In this document: piece by piece, positions 14,796 through 24,925 of the stretch
Position numbering within the stretch: position 1 is the first letter of the stretch
How the letters are laid out: each line of letters opens with the position of its first letter
Notes under the pieces: model-generated
What the model was told of the DNA's origin: nothing
The model's database searches: none
Seen by the model: the letters and a program-made list of their open reading frames with translations, nothing else
Position numbers and translations under genes: made by a program
Origin: an uncultured Collinsella sp.
GTDB lineage: Bacteria > Actinomycetota > Coriobacteriia > Coriobacteriales > Coriobacteriaceae
Direction: 5' to 3'
DNA: 37,571 nt
Assembly (NCBI GenBank): GCA_900553475.1
Contig: USEF01000001.1
Span: 1 to 37,571 of the forward strand

Positions 14796-15449
14796 CTACT
14801 TGTCGCCGGCTGCCGCCTTGGCCTCATTGAGGTAGCTATAGAAGCTGTACTTTGAGATGCCAAAGAACTCGCAGGCGCGCTCGCTCGACTTGGAAATGAG
14901 GAAGGCGCCGCGACGGTCGAGGTAGCCAATGGCACGAATTCTCTCGTCTTTGGTCATGAGTGCCGCGGGCTTGCCCACAAACTGCTCGCACTCGTGCAGC
15001 AGGTCCTCGAGCAGGTCGCCGATGTTCTTGGTAATGGGCTCGGGCTCGGTGTAGCCCGTGCCGCCGGTGCCGGTAAAGGCATCGAGCGAGCGCTCAAAAG
15101 CCTTCATGAGCGTAATGTCAAAGTTGATGCCCAAAATGCCGACGGGCTTGCCCTCGTCGTTGCGGATAAAGATGGTCGAGGACTTGAGCAGCTTGCCATC
15201 GGTGGTTTTGGTGAGGTATGGCTCGCGGTCGTGTACGTCGGTGGCGCCCTCGTGCATGGACTCAAACACGATATGGCTGGGGCCGTCACCCAGTTTGCGC
15301 CCGCTGACGTGGCCGTTTTCGATCACTACGATGGAGTGGTCCACGTCCTCGGTCTCCAGATCGTGGACGACGACTTCGCAGTTGGGGCCAAATTGGAGCG
15401 CCAGACCGTGTGCGAGGCGCTTGTAAAACTCAATCTGTGCGGGGGTCAT
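14796..15449 (-). CDS. YheO-family transcriptional regulator (PAS_6 + HTH_22)
   Basis: FGPNCEVVVHDL, IENGHVSGRKLGDGPS, LKSSTIFIR, and C-terminal LDRRGAFLISKS...FGISKYSFYSYL HTH. AGGAAGG RBS. Confidence 0.9.
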   Translation of the reverse strand: MTPAQIEFYKRLAHGLALQFGPNCEVVVHDLETEDVDHSIVVIENGHVSGRKLGDGPSHIVFESMHEGATDVHDREPYLTKTTDGKLLKSSTIFIRNDEGKPVGILGINFDITLMKAFERSLDAFTGTGGTGYTEPEPITKNIGDLLEDLLHECEQFVGKPAALMTKDERIRAIGYLDRRGAFLISKSSERACEFFGISKYSFYSYLNEAKAAAGDK

Positions 15450-15568
15450 GGGTACCTTCCTAAAAATTAGTTTGGGCTCACTGTGCCATAAACCACACAT
15501 GACCGCAAACAAATCCATCAACAAGGCAATTCATGACCGTTCGGCGGCGAAAAAGTACCGATTACGGC

Positions 15569-15634
15569 AACAAACAATTCGTTAGATATACCAATCAAAA
15601 AGTGTGATAGAACATTACTAACAAACTTTTTGTT
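15569..15634. promoter_or_regulatory. Pair of palindromes AACAAA-N3-TTYGTT (15569-15583, 15620-15634), candidate operators
   Basis: AACAAAcaaTTCGTT and AACAAActtTTTGTT in the divergent regulator/dpaL spacer. Confidence 0.45.
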
Positions 15635-15726
15635 TGGCATCCACATAAAAGTTCAGTCGTGTGAATGGGATCGGGCTGAAACGCGTATGCGGGGGCCGGC
15701 AAGAGAGGACTTAAGGAGTTCACCGT

Positions 15727-16941
15727 ATGGCCGATAAGATCCAGTGGGCGAGCAACACGATGCCCAAGAGCGATGACAAGCACTTGGGAATCATGAGTCT
15801 CGACCACGTGAAGAAGGCCCGTGCCTTCCACCAGTCGTTCCCCCAGTACACCGTCACTCCGCTTGCCCGCCTGGACGGCCAGGCCGCGCGCCTGGGCCTG
15901 TCCAACCTGTGCGTTAAGGACGAGAGCTATCGCTTTGGCCTCAACGCCTTTAAGGTTCTGGGCGGATCGTTTGCCATGGCCAACTACATTGCCGACGAGA
16001 CCGGCAAGGACGTTGCCGAGTGCACCTTCGATTACCTGACCTCCGATCAGCTTGCCAAGGACTTTGGCCAGGCCACCTTCTTTACCGCTACCGACGGCAA
16101 TCATGGCCGCGGCGTGGCATGGGCTGCCAACAAGCTGGGCCAGAAGGCCGTCGTTCACATGCCCAAGGGTTCCACCAAGCCCCGCTTCGATAACATCGCC
16201 GCCGAGGGCGCAACGGTGACCATCGAAGAGGTCAACTACGACGAGTGCGTGCGCATGGCCGCCGCCGAGGCCGACGCCTGCGAGCGCGGCGTCATCGTTC
16301 AGGACACCGCCTGGGAGGGCTACGAGAAGATCCCGTCTTGGATCATGGAGGGCTACGGCACCATGGCTTCTGAGGCTGCCGAGCAGCTGCGCGAGATGGC
16401 CATCAACCGCCCGACGCACGTGTTTGTCCAGGCTGGCGTGGGTTCGCTCGCCGGCGCCGTGGTGGGCTACTTCACCAACCTGTATCCCGATAACCCGCCC
16501 ACCTTCGTCGTGGTCGAGTGCGCTCCGGCCGCCTGCCTGTACAAGGGCGCTGCCGCCGGCGACGGCGATCCGCGTATCGTGGACGGTGACATGCCCTCCA
16601 TCATGGCCGGTCTGTGCTGCGGCGAGCCCAACATCCTGGGCTGGGATATCCTGCGCAACCATGCCACCGCCTTCGTGTCCTGCCCCGACTGGGTCACCGC
16701 TCGCGGCATGCGCACCCTGGGCGCTCCCGAGAAGGGCGACCCGCGCGTCATCTCCGGCGAGTCCGGCGCTGTGACCACCGGTCTGGTCGAGACTCTCATG
16801 CTCGATCCCGAGTACGCCGAGCTCAAGGAACTCATCGGCCTGGACAAGACGAGCTCCGTGCTCTGCTTCTCCACCGAGGGCGACACGGATCCGGATCAGT
16901 ACCGTCGCATCGTCTGGGAGGGCGAGTATCCGACCTGCTAG
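15727..16941 (+). CDS. dpaL: Diaminopropionate ammonia-lyase (PLP-dependent; YgeX)
   Basis: KDESYRFGLNAFKVLGG (PLP lysine), ATDGNHGRGVAW, QDTAWEGY, QAGVGS, STEGDTDP. Confidence 0.95.
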   Translation: MADKIQWASNTMPKSDDKHLGIMSLDHVKKARAFHQSFPQYTVTPLARLDGQAARLGLSNLCVKDESYRFGLNAFKVLGGSFAMANYIADETGKDVAECTFDYLTSDQLAKDFGQATFFTATDGNHGRGVAWAANKLGQKAVVHMPKGSTKPRFDNIAAEGATVTIEEVNYDECVRMAAAEADACERGVIVQDTAWEGYEKIPSWIMEGYGTMASEAAEQLREMAINRPTHVFVQAGVGSLAGAVVGYFTNLYPDNPPTFVVVECAPAACLYKGAAAGDGDPRIVDGDMPSIMAGLCCGEPNILGWDILRNHATAFVSCPDWVTARGMRTLGAPEKGDPRVISGESGAVTTGLVETLMLDPEYAELKELIGLDKTSSVLCFSTEGDTDPDQYRRIVWEGEYPTC

Positions 16942-16960
16942 CGAGCCTAACCTGTCCGGG

Positions 16961-17071
16961 CGGCGGAGCATATGTTTACTCCCTGCTCGAACAGTCCTGC
17001 TCGCACGGAGAGCACATTAAGTGCTCTCCGGCTCGTGCGGAACTCGCGACGGAGCAAACATGTGCTCCGCC
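16961..17071. repeat. Long nested inverted repeat (branched stem-loop) between dpaL and ygeY
   Basis: GGCGGAGCATATGTTT...AAACATGTGCTCCGCC outer arms enclosing GGAGAGCAC-attaa-GTGCTCTCC. Confidence 0.75.
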
Positions 17072-17179
17072 ACCCTACGTTTACTTGCTTGCCGGGTACT
17101 CGACCTCACGCTGCTTGGCACAAGTGATCTATCTGAAATATCTACCTGTAGGTAAACCCTTGTAGAAAGGTTGACTGTT

Positions 17180-18568
17180 ATGACTAAAGAACTCGATTTC
17201 GACGCTATCAAGGCTGCTGCTGAGTCTCATCGTGCTGATATGACTCGCTTCCTGCGCGCTATGATCTCCCATCCCTCTGAGTCCTGCGAGGAGGGTGAGG
17301 TTGTTGCTTGCATCAAGGCCGAGATGGAGAACCTTGGCTATGACGAGGTCAAGGTCGACGGCCTGGGCAACGTTATGGGCTTTATGGGCGAGGGCGACAA
17401 GATCATCGCCATCGACTCCCACATCGACACCGTCGGCATCGGCAACATCGATAACTGGGATGCCGATCCCTATGAGGGCTACGAGACCGACGAGATCATC
17501 TACGGCCGCGGCGGCTCCGACCAGGAGGGCGGCATGGCTTCTGCTACCTACGCTGCCAAGATGATGAAGGACATGGGCCTCATCCCCGAGGGCTACAAGA
17601 TCATGGTCGTCGGTACCGTCCAGGAAGAGGACTGCGACGGCATGTGCTGGCAGTACATCTACAACAAGGACGGCATTAAGCCCGAGTTCGTCATTTCCAC
17701 CGAGCCCACCGACGGTGGCATCTATCGCGGTCACCGCGGCCGCATGGAGATCCGCGTCGACGTTCACGGCACCTCCTGCCACGGCTCCGCTCCCGACCGC
17801 GGCGACAACGCCATCTACAAGATGGCCGACATCATCGCCGACGTCCGCGCCCTCAACAACAACGGCTGCGACGAGTCGACCGACATCAAGGGTCTCGTCA
17901 AGATGCTCGACCCCAAGTACAATCCCGAGCACTTCGAGGATGCCCGCTTCCTGGGCCGCGGCACCTGCACCGTCAGCCAGATCTTCTACACCTCTCCCTC
18001 CCGCCGTTGCGCCGTGGCCGACTCCTGCGCCATCTCCATCGACCGTCGCATGACCGCCGGTGAAACCTGGGAGTCCTGCCTGGACGAGATCCGTAACCTG
18101 CCGGCCGCCAAGAAGTACGGCGACGACGTGAAGGTCTCCATGTACATGTACGACCGTCCGTCCTGGACCGGCGAGGTCTACGAGACCGAGGCTTACTTCC
18201 CCACGTGGATCAACAAGGAGACCGCTCCGCACGTCAAGGCCCTCGTCGACGCCCACAAGGCCATGTTTGGTGACGAGCGCATCGGCTGCGAGCCCAGCAT
18301 GGACAAGCGCACCGGTCGTCCGCTGTGCGACAAGTGGACCTTCTCCACGAACTGCGTTTCCATCCAGGGCCGCTACGGCATCCCCTGCGTGGGCTTTGGC
18401 CCGGGTGCCGAGTCTCAGGCTCACGCTCCCAACGAGGTCACCTACAAGGACGACCTGGTCACCGCTGCCGCCATGTACGTGGCTGCCCTGAACCTCTACG
18501 ATCCGAGCCAGGCCGATGGCGACGCCACCGTGTTCCGTGCCGGTCTGACCAACAACAAGATTGACTAG
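17180..18568 (+). CDS. ygeY: YgeY-family M20 metallohydrolase (selenium-metabolism-linked hydrolase)
   Basis: [73 protein letters not shown]. Confidence 0.92.
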   Translation: MTKELDFDAIKAAAESHRADMTRFLRAMISHPSESCEEGEVVACIKAEMENLGYDEVKVDGLGNVMGFMGEGDKIIAIDSHIDTVGIGNIDNWDADPYEGYETDEIIYGRGGSDQEGGMASATYAAKMMKDMGLIPEGYKIMVVGTVQEEDCDGMCWQYIYNKDGIKPEFVISTEPTDGGIYRGHRGRMEIRVDVHGTSCHGSAPDRGDNAIYKMADIIADVRALNNNGCDESTDIKGLVKMLDPKYNPEHFEDARFLGRGTCTVSQIFYTSPSRRCAVADSCAISIDRRMTAGETWESCLDEIRNLPAAKKYGDDVKVSMYMYDRPSWTGEVYETEAYFPTWINKETAPHVKALVDAHKAMFGDERIGCEPSMDKRTGRPLCDKWTFSTNCVSIQGRYGIPCVGFGPGAESQAHAPNEVTYKDDLVTAAAMYVAALNLYDPSQADGDATVFRAGLTNNKID

Positions 18569-18769
18569 TCCCATTCCTCGATTTTGTTGAGCCGGGGGCC
18601 GCTCGTGTCCCCGGCACCCCCTGTTGACTTGGGGCCCGCGGTCGTTATCTCCCATGCTTCCTCAACGGTGGCGGGTCCTCGTCATGGTGCTCTGCATGTT
18701 CTAGCCACACGCGCATGTCGGAGCACATCTACTCATTGCGATCGTTGCATCTTTAGAAAGGACATTTCC

Positions 18770-19972
18770 ATGGACGCTAAGTTTACCGAGCTCGTCGAGC
18801 AGCTGAACGGCCTCGATTTTAAGGGTATGTACGGCAGCGACTTCCTGCACACCTGGGACAAGACCACCGATGAGCTCAAGGCTCTCTACATCGTCGCCGA
18901 CGCCCTGCGCGAGCTGCGTGAGAACAACGTTTCGTCCAAGATTTTCGACTCCGGTCTTGCCGTCTCCCTGTTCCGCGACAACTCCACCCGTACGCGCTTC
19001 TCCTTCTCTAAGGCCGCCAACCTGCTCGGCCTTGAGCTGCAGGACCTGGACGAGAAGAAGTCCCAGATCGCCCACGGCGAGACCGTCCGCGAGACCGCTA
19101 CCATGATCTCCTTTATGGCCGACGTCATCGGCATCCGCGATGACATGTACATCGGCAAGGGCGATGCCTACATGGCCGAGGTCTCCGAGTCTGTCCAGCA
19201 GGCCTACGAGGACGGCGTTCTGGATCACCGTCCCACACTCATCTCCCTGCAGTCCGATTCCGACCACCCCACGCAGTCCTCTGCCGACATGCTCTACCTC
19301 ATCAACGAGTTTGGCGGCCTTGAGAACCTCAAGGGCAAGAAGGTTGCCGTCACCTGGGCCTATTCGCCCTCTTACGGCAAGCCGCTGTCCTGCCCGCAGT
19401 CGCTGATCAGCCTGCTGCCCCGCTTTGGCATGGACGTCACCCTGGCTCACCCCGAGGGCTACGACCTCATGCCCGAGGTCGTCGAGCGCGCCAAGGGCTA
19501 TGCCGCCGAGTCCGGCACCACCTTTAAGCAGGTCAACACCATGGCCGAGGCCTTCGAGGGCGCCGACATCGTGATCCCCAAGAGCTGGGCTCCGTATGCC
19601 GCCATGGAGAAGCGCACCAACCTGTACGCCGAGGGCGACGACGCCGGCATTGCTGCGCTCGAGAAGGAGCTGCTCGCCCAGAACGCCACCCATCAGGATT
19701 GGTGCTCCACGACCGAGCTCATGGAGAAGACTGCCAACGGCCAGGACACCATCTTTATGCACCCGCTGCCCGCCGACATCTCCGGTGTCTCCTGCGAGCA
19801 CGGCGAGGTCAACGCCGACGTCTTCGACATGCACCGCGTGGGCATGTACAAGGAGGCCAGCTACAAGCCGTACGCCATCGCAGCCATGATGTTCCTGCAG
19901 AAGGTTGCCGATCCCGCCGCTACCCTCAAGGCCCTCGACGAGCGCAACACCGCCCGTTGGCTCCAGGCCTAA
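18770..19972 (+). CDS. ygeW: Knotted carbamoyltransferase YgeW
   Basis: FRDNSTRTRFS, SQIAHGETVRETA, DHPTQ, WAYSPSYGKPLS, PKSWAP, MHPLPADISGVSC. Confidence 0.93.
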   Translation: MDAKFTELVEQLNGLDFKGMYGSDFLHTWDKTTDELKALYIVADALRELRENNVSSKIFDSGLAVSLFRDNSTRTRFSFSKAANLLGLELQDLDEKKSQIAHGETVRETATMISFMADVIGIRDDMYIGKGDAYMAEVSESVQQAYEDGVLDHRPTLISLQSDSDHPTQSSADMLYLINEFGGLENLKGKKVAVTWAYSPSYGKPLSCPQSLISLLPRFGMDVTLAHPEGYDLMPEVVERAKGYAAESGTTFKQVNTMAEAFEGADIVIPKSWAPYAAMEKRTNLYAEGDDAGIAALEKELLAQNATHQDWCSTTELMEKTANGQDTIFMHPLPADISGVSCEHGEVNADVFDMHRVGMYKEASYKPYAIAAMMFLQKVADPAATLKALDERNTARWLQA

Positions 19973-19995
19973 AGCCGGGTTGAGGTAAGCCATGT

Positions 19996-20034
19996 AAAGG
20001 GGGCGCTCTGCCAACCGGCGGGGTGCCCCTTTTT
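19996..20034 (+). terminator. Intrinsic terminator after ygeW
   Basis: AAAGGGGGCGCTCTGCC-aacc-GGCGGGGTGCCCCTTTTT hairpin with U-tract. Confidence 0.75.
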
Positions 20035-20121
20035 GCATCGCGGGCGTGCGGGATAAGCGCTTTCGATGTAGATGCCCGCGGCGCGAGTTATGGGTACGAT
20101 GGTTTCAGGGGAGGTATCACC

Positions 20122-20736
20122 ATGAAACTTGGATGCGTCATTATGGCTTCGGGCGAGGGCAAGCGGTTTGGCTCTAACAAGATGCTTGCCGATATCTATG
20201 GCGAGCCGCTGATTGCCCGGACCATCGATTCGGTTCCCCGGGGCTTTGACGTCGTGGTTTCGACGCGTTGGCCCGAGGTCGCCCAGATTTGCGAGGACAA
20301 GCATTGCCCGTGCGTGCTGCACGATGGCGAGCTGCGCAGCGAAAGCGTCCGTGCGGGCCTTTCGTGGGGAGTCGAACGCAACTGGAAAGGTTGCCTCTTT
20401 TTGCCGGGCGACCAGCCGCTCGTGAGTTCGGATTCTTTTGAGGCCATGGTTCGCACGTTTGATGAGCGTGGCCGCAAGCATCCGGTGCGTCTTGCGTGCA
20501 ACGGTGAGCCTTCGAGCCCGGTGCTCTTTCCGGCGGAACTGTTCGATGCACTCATGTGTCTTGAGGGCAAGGACGGCGGCGGTTCGATCCTCAAGGACCG
20601 TACCGACGTGGTGCTGGTCGAGGCGCGTGCCTACGAGCTGTGGGACGTCGATACCGCCAAGGGACAGCAACGCATAACGGAGCATATCGCCGCCTGCTCG
20701 TATTTTGATCGCGTGGCCAACTGCATCAATCAATAA
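20122..20736 (+). CDS. MocA/YgfJ-like molybdenum cofactor cytidylyltransferase (NTP_transf_3)
   Basis: IMASGEGKRFGSNKML, SESVRAGL, FLPGDQP, PVLFP, GKDGG, WDVDT. GGAGGT RBS. Confidence 0.85.
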   Translation: MKLGCVIMASGEGKRFGSNKMLADIYGEPLIARTIDSVPRGFDVVVSTRWPEVAQICEDKHCPCVLHDGELRSESVRAGLSWGVERNWKGCLFLPGDQPLVSSDSFEAMVRTFDERGRKHPVRLACNGEPSSPVLFPAELFDALMCLEGKDGGGSILKDRTDVVLVEARAYELWDVDTAKGQQRITEHIAACSYFDRVANCINQ

Positions 20737-20745
20737 GGAGCAATT

Positions 20746-22113
20746 ATGATCATCATCAAAAACGGCGCGCTCGTGACGCCCCAGGGGCTTCGCCGCGCCG
20801 ATCTTGCCATGGAGGGCGATAAGATTGTGCGGATTGCCGCGGCAATCGAGCCGGGCGAGGGCGATACCGTCCAGGACGCCGTGGGCTGCTGGGTGTTTCC
20901 CGGCTTTATCGACGGCCACACGCACATGCAGTGCTGGACTGGCATGGATTGGACGGCAGATAGCTTTGAGACCGGTACGCGTGCGGCTGCCTGCGGCGGT
21001 ACGACGACCATTGTGGACTACGCGACGGCCGATCGCGGCGTGACCATGCCCGATGCCCTTGCCGAGTGGCATCGCCGCGCCGACGGAACCTGCACGGCAA
21101 ACTACGCTTTTCATATGGCGCTCGCCGAGTGGAATGAGCGCAACCGCGCCGATCTTTCGGCCATGCGTGAGGCGGGCGTATCGTCGTTTAAGACCTACTT
21201 TGCCTACGACCACCTGCGCCTGGACGATGCCGAGACGCTCGAGGTGCTCGAGGAGCTCAAGCGTATTGGCGGCATACTGTGCGTGCATTGCGAGAACGGC
21301 ACGTTGGTCAACGCGCTGCAGAAGCGCGTGTTTGAGCAGAGGATTCATGGGCCCGAGGGCCATGCGCTCAGCCGTCCGGACGTGTGTGAGGCCGAGGCCG
21401 TGAGCCGCCTGCTGTATCTGGCTCACTTGGCCGGGGACGCTCCGGTCAACGTGGTGCACCTTTCGACCAAGCTGGGGCTCGAGGCCATCCGTGCTGCCAA
21501 AGCGCGCGGGCAGAAGAATATCTATGTCGAGACCTGCCCTCAGTATCTGATGCTCGACGACACCTGCTATCTGGAGCAGGGCGAGGACGGCTTTGCGGGC
21601 GCCAAGTACGTGATGAGCCCGCCGCTGCGCCATGCCGGTGACCGTGCCGCGCTGCGCGAGGCGCTTGTGGCCGGCGAGATCGATACTATTGCAACCGATC
21701 ATTGCAGCTTTAACCTGCACGGGCAAAAGGACCGCGGGCGCGACGATTTCCGCGCGATTCCCAACGGCGGGCCCGGCGTGGAGCATCGTCCCGTCGCGAT
21801 TGCCACGAGCTTTGAGGGCCAGCTGGGCCCCGAGGACCTCTGCCGCTTGATGAGCGAGAACCCGGCGCGCGTTTTTGGCATGTATCCGCGCAAGGGCTGT
21901 CTTGCCGAGGGTGCCGATGCCGACGTGTGCGTGTGGGATCCTTGCGCGCGTTGGACGATCAGCGCCGCGACGCAGCATCAGGCCGTGGACTACACGCCGC
22001 TCGAGGGTTTTGAGGCACATGGCCGCGCCAAGGCCGTGTTTGTGAACGGCGTGCTGGTGGCGCGCGACGGCGAGCCCACCGGAGCTCAGCCCGGTCGCTA
22101 CGTGCCCCGCTAA
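20746..22113 (+). CDS. hydA: Dihydropyrimidinase / D-hydantoinase (HyuA/YgeZ-like)
   Basis: PGFIDGHTH, AAACGGTTTIVD, SSFKTY, VHCENG, VVHLS, ETCPQYL, KYVMSPPLR, ATDHCSF. Confidence 0.92.
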   Translation: MIIIKNGALVTPQGLRRADLAMEGDKIVRIAAAIEPGEGDTVQDAVGCWVFPGFIDGHTHMQCWTGMDWTADSFETGTRAAACGGTTTIVDYATADRGVTMPDALAEWHRRADGTCTANYAFHMALAEWNERNRADLSAMREAGVSSFKTYFAYDHLRLDDAETLEVLEELKRIGGILCVHCENGTLVNALQKRVFEQRIHGPEGHALSRPDVCEAEAVSRLLYLAHLAGDAPVNVVHLSTKLGLEAIRAAKARGQKNIYVETCPQYLMLDDTCYLEQGEDGFAGAKYVMSPPLRHAGDRAALREALVAGEIDTIATDHCSFNLHGQKDRGRDDFRAIPNGGPGVEHRPVAIATSFEGQLGPEDLCRLMSENPARVFGMYPRKGCLAEGADADVCVWDPCARWTISAATQHQAVDYTPLEGFEAHGRAKAVFVNGVLVARDGEPTGAQPGRYVPR

Positions 22114-22140
22114 CAGGAAGATCACCGGATTCCCCTCCGC

Positions 22141-22207
22141 AGTTGCGGTGAAATACGGACTGTTTGCGGCCGTTTGGCGGCCAAACAGTCCGTATTTCAC
22201 CGCAACT
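22141..22207. repeat. 67-bp palindromic REP/MITE-like element, copy 1
   Basis: AGTTGCGGTGAAATACGGACTGTTT - 17 nt - AAACAGTCCGTATTTCACCGCAACT, perfect 25-bp arms. Sits between convergent hydA and yqeC. Confidence 0.9.
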
Positions 22208-22223
22208 GACGAGATGGGGCCGG

Positions 22224-22958
22224 CTACTTGAGGCTGCTGGCGACGACGGGGCGGCCGAGGGCTGTCTCGAAGCGACCTGCCATCGTTGGGTCGGCAAGCG
22301 TGTCGACTTGGTTGAGCATGATGCGGGCATTGTTGAGGTTCAGCATCTGCAGCTCGGCATTGAGCACCTGGGCGACGCGCTCGGGCGTGGCGATGTCGGT
22401 GAGCTCGCAGCCGCAACGCTCGCAAAAGAGCTCGGGGCGGTGGACGGCTTCGTTGATGGGCTTGCTGAGTCCCGAGGCGCCGACGAGCCAGATGACGTTG
22501 GCCGTGCCGGCGGGAACGACCGGCTCCCACGGGGCGTGCGCTTTGAGTGGGAGCCGCTTGCTGCCGTCCGCCTCGGCCAGGACGTAGTCAAAGCGCTGCG
22601 CCAGCTGGTCGAGCGGCTCGGCAGGGGAGGAGAGCTTGCCCGTCTCCGGGTCCAAGACGCCTGCCTGGCAGATGCCTCCGCGTGCAAGGCCCGCGCAGGC
22701 CTTGCAGGTGCAACCGGGGACATGCGAGGCGCCCGGCTTCCAAGGCGCGGCGTCCAGGCGACGGCTCGACCCGTCCCATGGCACGCCGGCGACGGGGAAC
22801 ATATGCGTGGTGGTGCAGAGGAGCACGCGGCCGCCAGCGCGCATAAGCTCAAGGCCCAGCGTCTTTAGCAAGGTCGACTTGCCGCCGCTGCCGATAATCG
22901 CGGTAATGCCCGGCTCGATCCTGAGCGCCGAGGCAAGATTGCCGCTAACCGTTTCCAT
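22224..22958 (-). CDS. yqeC: Selenium cofactor biosynthesis protein YqeC
   Basis: IIGSGGKSTL, VLLCTTTHM, VLAEADGSKRLPLKAHAPWEPVVP, VHRPELF, LNQVD. Confidence 0.88.
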   Translation of the reverse strand: METVSGNLASALRIEPGITAIIGSGGKSTLLKTLGLELMRAGGRVLLCTTTHMFPVAGVPWDGSSRRLDAAPWKPGASHVPGCTCKACAGLARGGICQAGVLDPETGKLSSPAEPLDQLAQRFDYVLAEADGSKRLPLKAHAPWEPVVPAGTANVIWLVGASGLSKPINEAVHRPELFCERCGCELTDIATPERVAQVLNAELQMLNLNNARIMLNQVDTLADPTMAGRFETALGRPVVASSLK

Positions 22959-23060
22959 CTGTTCACCGCCGTATAATACTGTGATAATAAATAATCATCA
23001 GAGTAGCGGTCGAACCGCTTTTGCTCTGCTCAAACCGTAGCACAGGGAGGTGCCTCGGGA

Positions 23061-23855
23061 ATGCTCGTTTATGTTCGCGGCGCCGGCGATATCGCCACGG
23101 GCGTCGCCGCTCGCTTGGTGCGCGCCGGCGTGTCGGTCGTCATGGCCGATATCGCGGTCCCCACGTGCATCCGTCGCACAATCAGTTTTTGCGAGGCCAT
23201 TCGCTTGGTCGAGGTCCAGGTCGAGGGCATTCGCGCCCGCTTGGCGCAGACGTCGGCCGAGGCGCTTGAGATTACCGAGGCGGGGGATGTCGCCGTGGTG
23301 GTGGACCCCCAGGCACAGATGCTCGACGAACTGAAGCCCGCGGCTGTGGTCGACGCGATTCTGGCCAAGCGCAATCTGGGTACCACGCGCGACATGGCTC
23401 CTGCCGTCATTGCAGTAGGGCCGGGCTTTACCGCGCCGGTTGATTGCGACGCCGTGGTCGAGACCATGCGCGGGCATTTCCTGGGCCGTGTCATTACCCA
23501 AGGTTCACCCCAGCCCAACACGGGCGTGCCGGGCATTATCGCTGGCTATGGCAAAGAGCGTGTTATCCACAGCCCCGCCGCCGGCGTGTTTCGGTCCGAC
23601 CGCGCAATCGGCGACATCGTGCGCGCCGGAGACGTGATTGGCTACGCGGGCGATACGCCCATGCGCACGCAGATCGATGGCTGTCTGCGCGGGCTTTTGG
23701 CGAACGGCGTGCAGGTGACCGAGGGCTTTAAATGCGCCGATGTCGATCCGCGCGGCGATGCCAGCTATATCAACTACATTTCGGACAAGGCGACGTCGGT
23801 CGGCGGCGGCGTGCTCGAGGCACTCGCTATGCTCACCGATATCTTTAGAGGATAG
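23061..23855 (+). CDS. yqeB: Selenium-dependent molybdenum cofactor biosynthesis protein YqeB (stand-alone domain)
   Basis: VRGAGDIATGVA, IRRTISF, VDAILAKRNLGT, GPGFTA, VVETMRGHFLGRVI, PNTGVPG, DVDPR, ISDKA..VGGGVLEA. Confidence 0.92.
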   Translation: MLVYVRGAGDIATGVAARLVRAGVSVVMADIAVPTCIRRTISFCEAIRLVEVQVEGIRARLAQTSAEALEITEAGDVAVVVDPQAQMLDELKPAAVVDAILAKRNLGTTRDMAPAVIAVGPGFTAPVDCDAVVETMRGHFLGRVITQGSPQPNTGVPGIIAGYGKERVIHSPAAGVFRSDRAIGDIVRAGDVIGYAGDTPMRTQIDGCLRGLLANGVQVTEGFKCADVDPRGDASYINYISDKATSVGGGVLEALAMLTDIFRG

Positions 23856-23864
23856 AAGGCGGCA

Positions 23865-24908
23865 ATGGAAAAGCTCGATGTTGTGAATGCGGCGCTTGCC
23901 GCCCTGCGTGCTGGCGAGACGTGCGAGCTCGTGGTCGTGGCCGGCACGGCGGGGTCGTCGCCGCGCGGCGTGGGCGCCTGGATGGTCGTCTTTGCCGACG
24001 GTAGCCAGGCGGGCACCATCGGCGGCGGCAAGATCGAGCTCTTTGCGCTGGACGAGGCGCGAGAGCTGCTGGCCGCGGGGCAATCGCGTCTAGTCCGCTA
24101 CACCATGGGCGGCGAGAACTCCGATACCGGCATGATCTGCGGCGGAGCCATCTGCCTGTGCTATCTGCATCTGGATGCGACCCAGGCACCGTTGTTCCAG
24201 GAAATTGCCGACATCTTGGTCTATCGACGCATCGGCGACTTCGTCATCGACTTTGAGCCGTTTATCGCGAGCGCGCTCGAGGGCGATGTGGCCGAGTACC
24301 ATGGCGAGGAATCGCGCCGCACCATTGCGGGCTGCCCCGGGCTTTCGCTGGTGGAGGAGGGGAGTAGGGTCACCTACACCAACGCGGCCTCCGAGATTCC
24401 CGCGGCGCACGTCGAGACGCTCTGCCCCGAGGGCCTGACCTACATCTTTGGCTGCGGACACGTGGGCGCCGCGACGGCGCGCGTGCTCACGGCGGCGGGC
24501 TTTGCCGTCGTGGCCTGCGATGACCGCCCCGGCACGTTGACGCCCGAATGGGTGCCCGGTGTCTACGATCGTCGCCTGGTCGATTACAAGAACCTGAGCG
24601 AGCAGTGCCCCATCGGTCCGCGCGACTTGGTGGTCGTCGCCACGGCGGGTCACAAATCTGATCTCGACGTGGTGATTCAGGCTATGCGTGCCAAACCCGT
24701 CTATCTGGGTTGCTTGGGCTCGCGCCGCAAGACGGCCTTTGTGCGCGCCCGTCTGGAGCAGGAAGGCTTTACGCAGGACCAGATCGACGAGCTGCACCTT
24801 CCGATCGGCGTTGCCATCGAGGCCGAGGACCCCGAGGAGATCGCCATCTCCATCGCCGCCGAGATGATCCACCTGCGCCGCACCAAACTCGTCCCCCGCA
24901 AGCGCTAA
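23865..24908 (+). CDS. XdhC/CoxI-family xanthine dehydrogenase accessory factor
   Basis: GSSPRGVGAWM, GTIGGGKIE, GMICGG, IFGCGHVG, YLGCLGSRRK, PIGVAIEAEDPEEIAISIAAE. Confidence 0.92.
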   Translation: MEKLDVVNAALAALRAGETCELVVVAGTAGSSPRGVGAWMVVFADGSQAGTIGGGKIELFALDEARELLAAGQSRLVRYTMGGENSDTGMICGGAICLCYLHLDATQAPLFQEIADILVYRRIGDFVIDFEPFIASALEGDVAEYHGEESRRTIAGCPGLSLVEEGSRVTYTNAASEIPAAHVETLCPEGLTYIFGCGHVGAATARVLTAAGFAVVACDDRPGTLTPEWVPGVYDRRLVDYKNLSEQCPIGPRDLVVVATAGHKSDLDVVIQAMRAKPVYLGCLGSRRKTAFVRARLEQEGFTQDQIDELHLPIGVAIEAEDPEEIAISIAAEMIHLRRTKLVPRKR

Positions 24909-24925
24909 TCGCATCCCCACCAATA

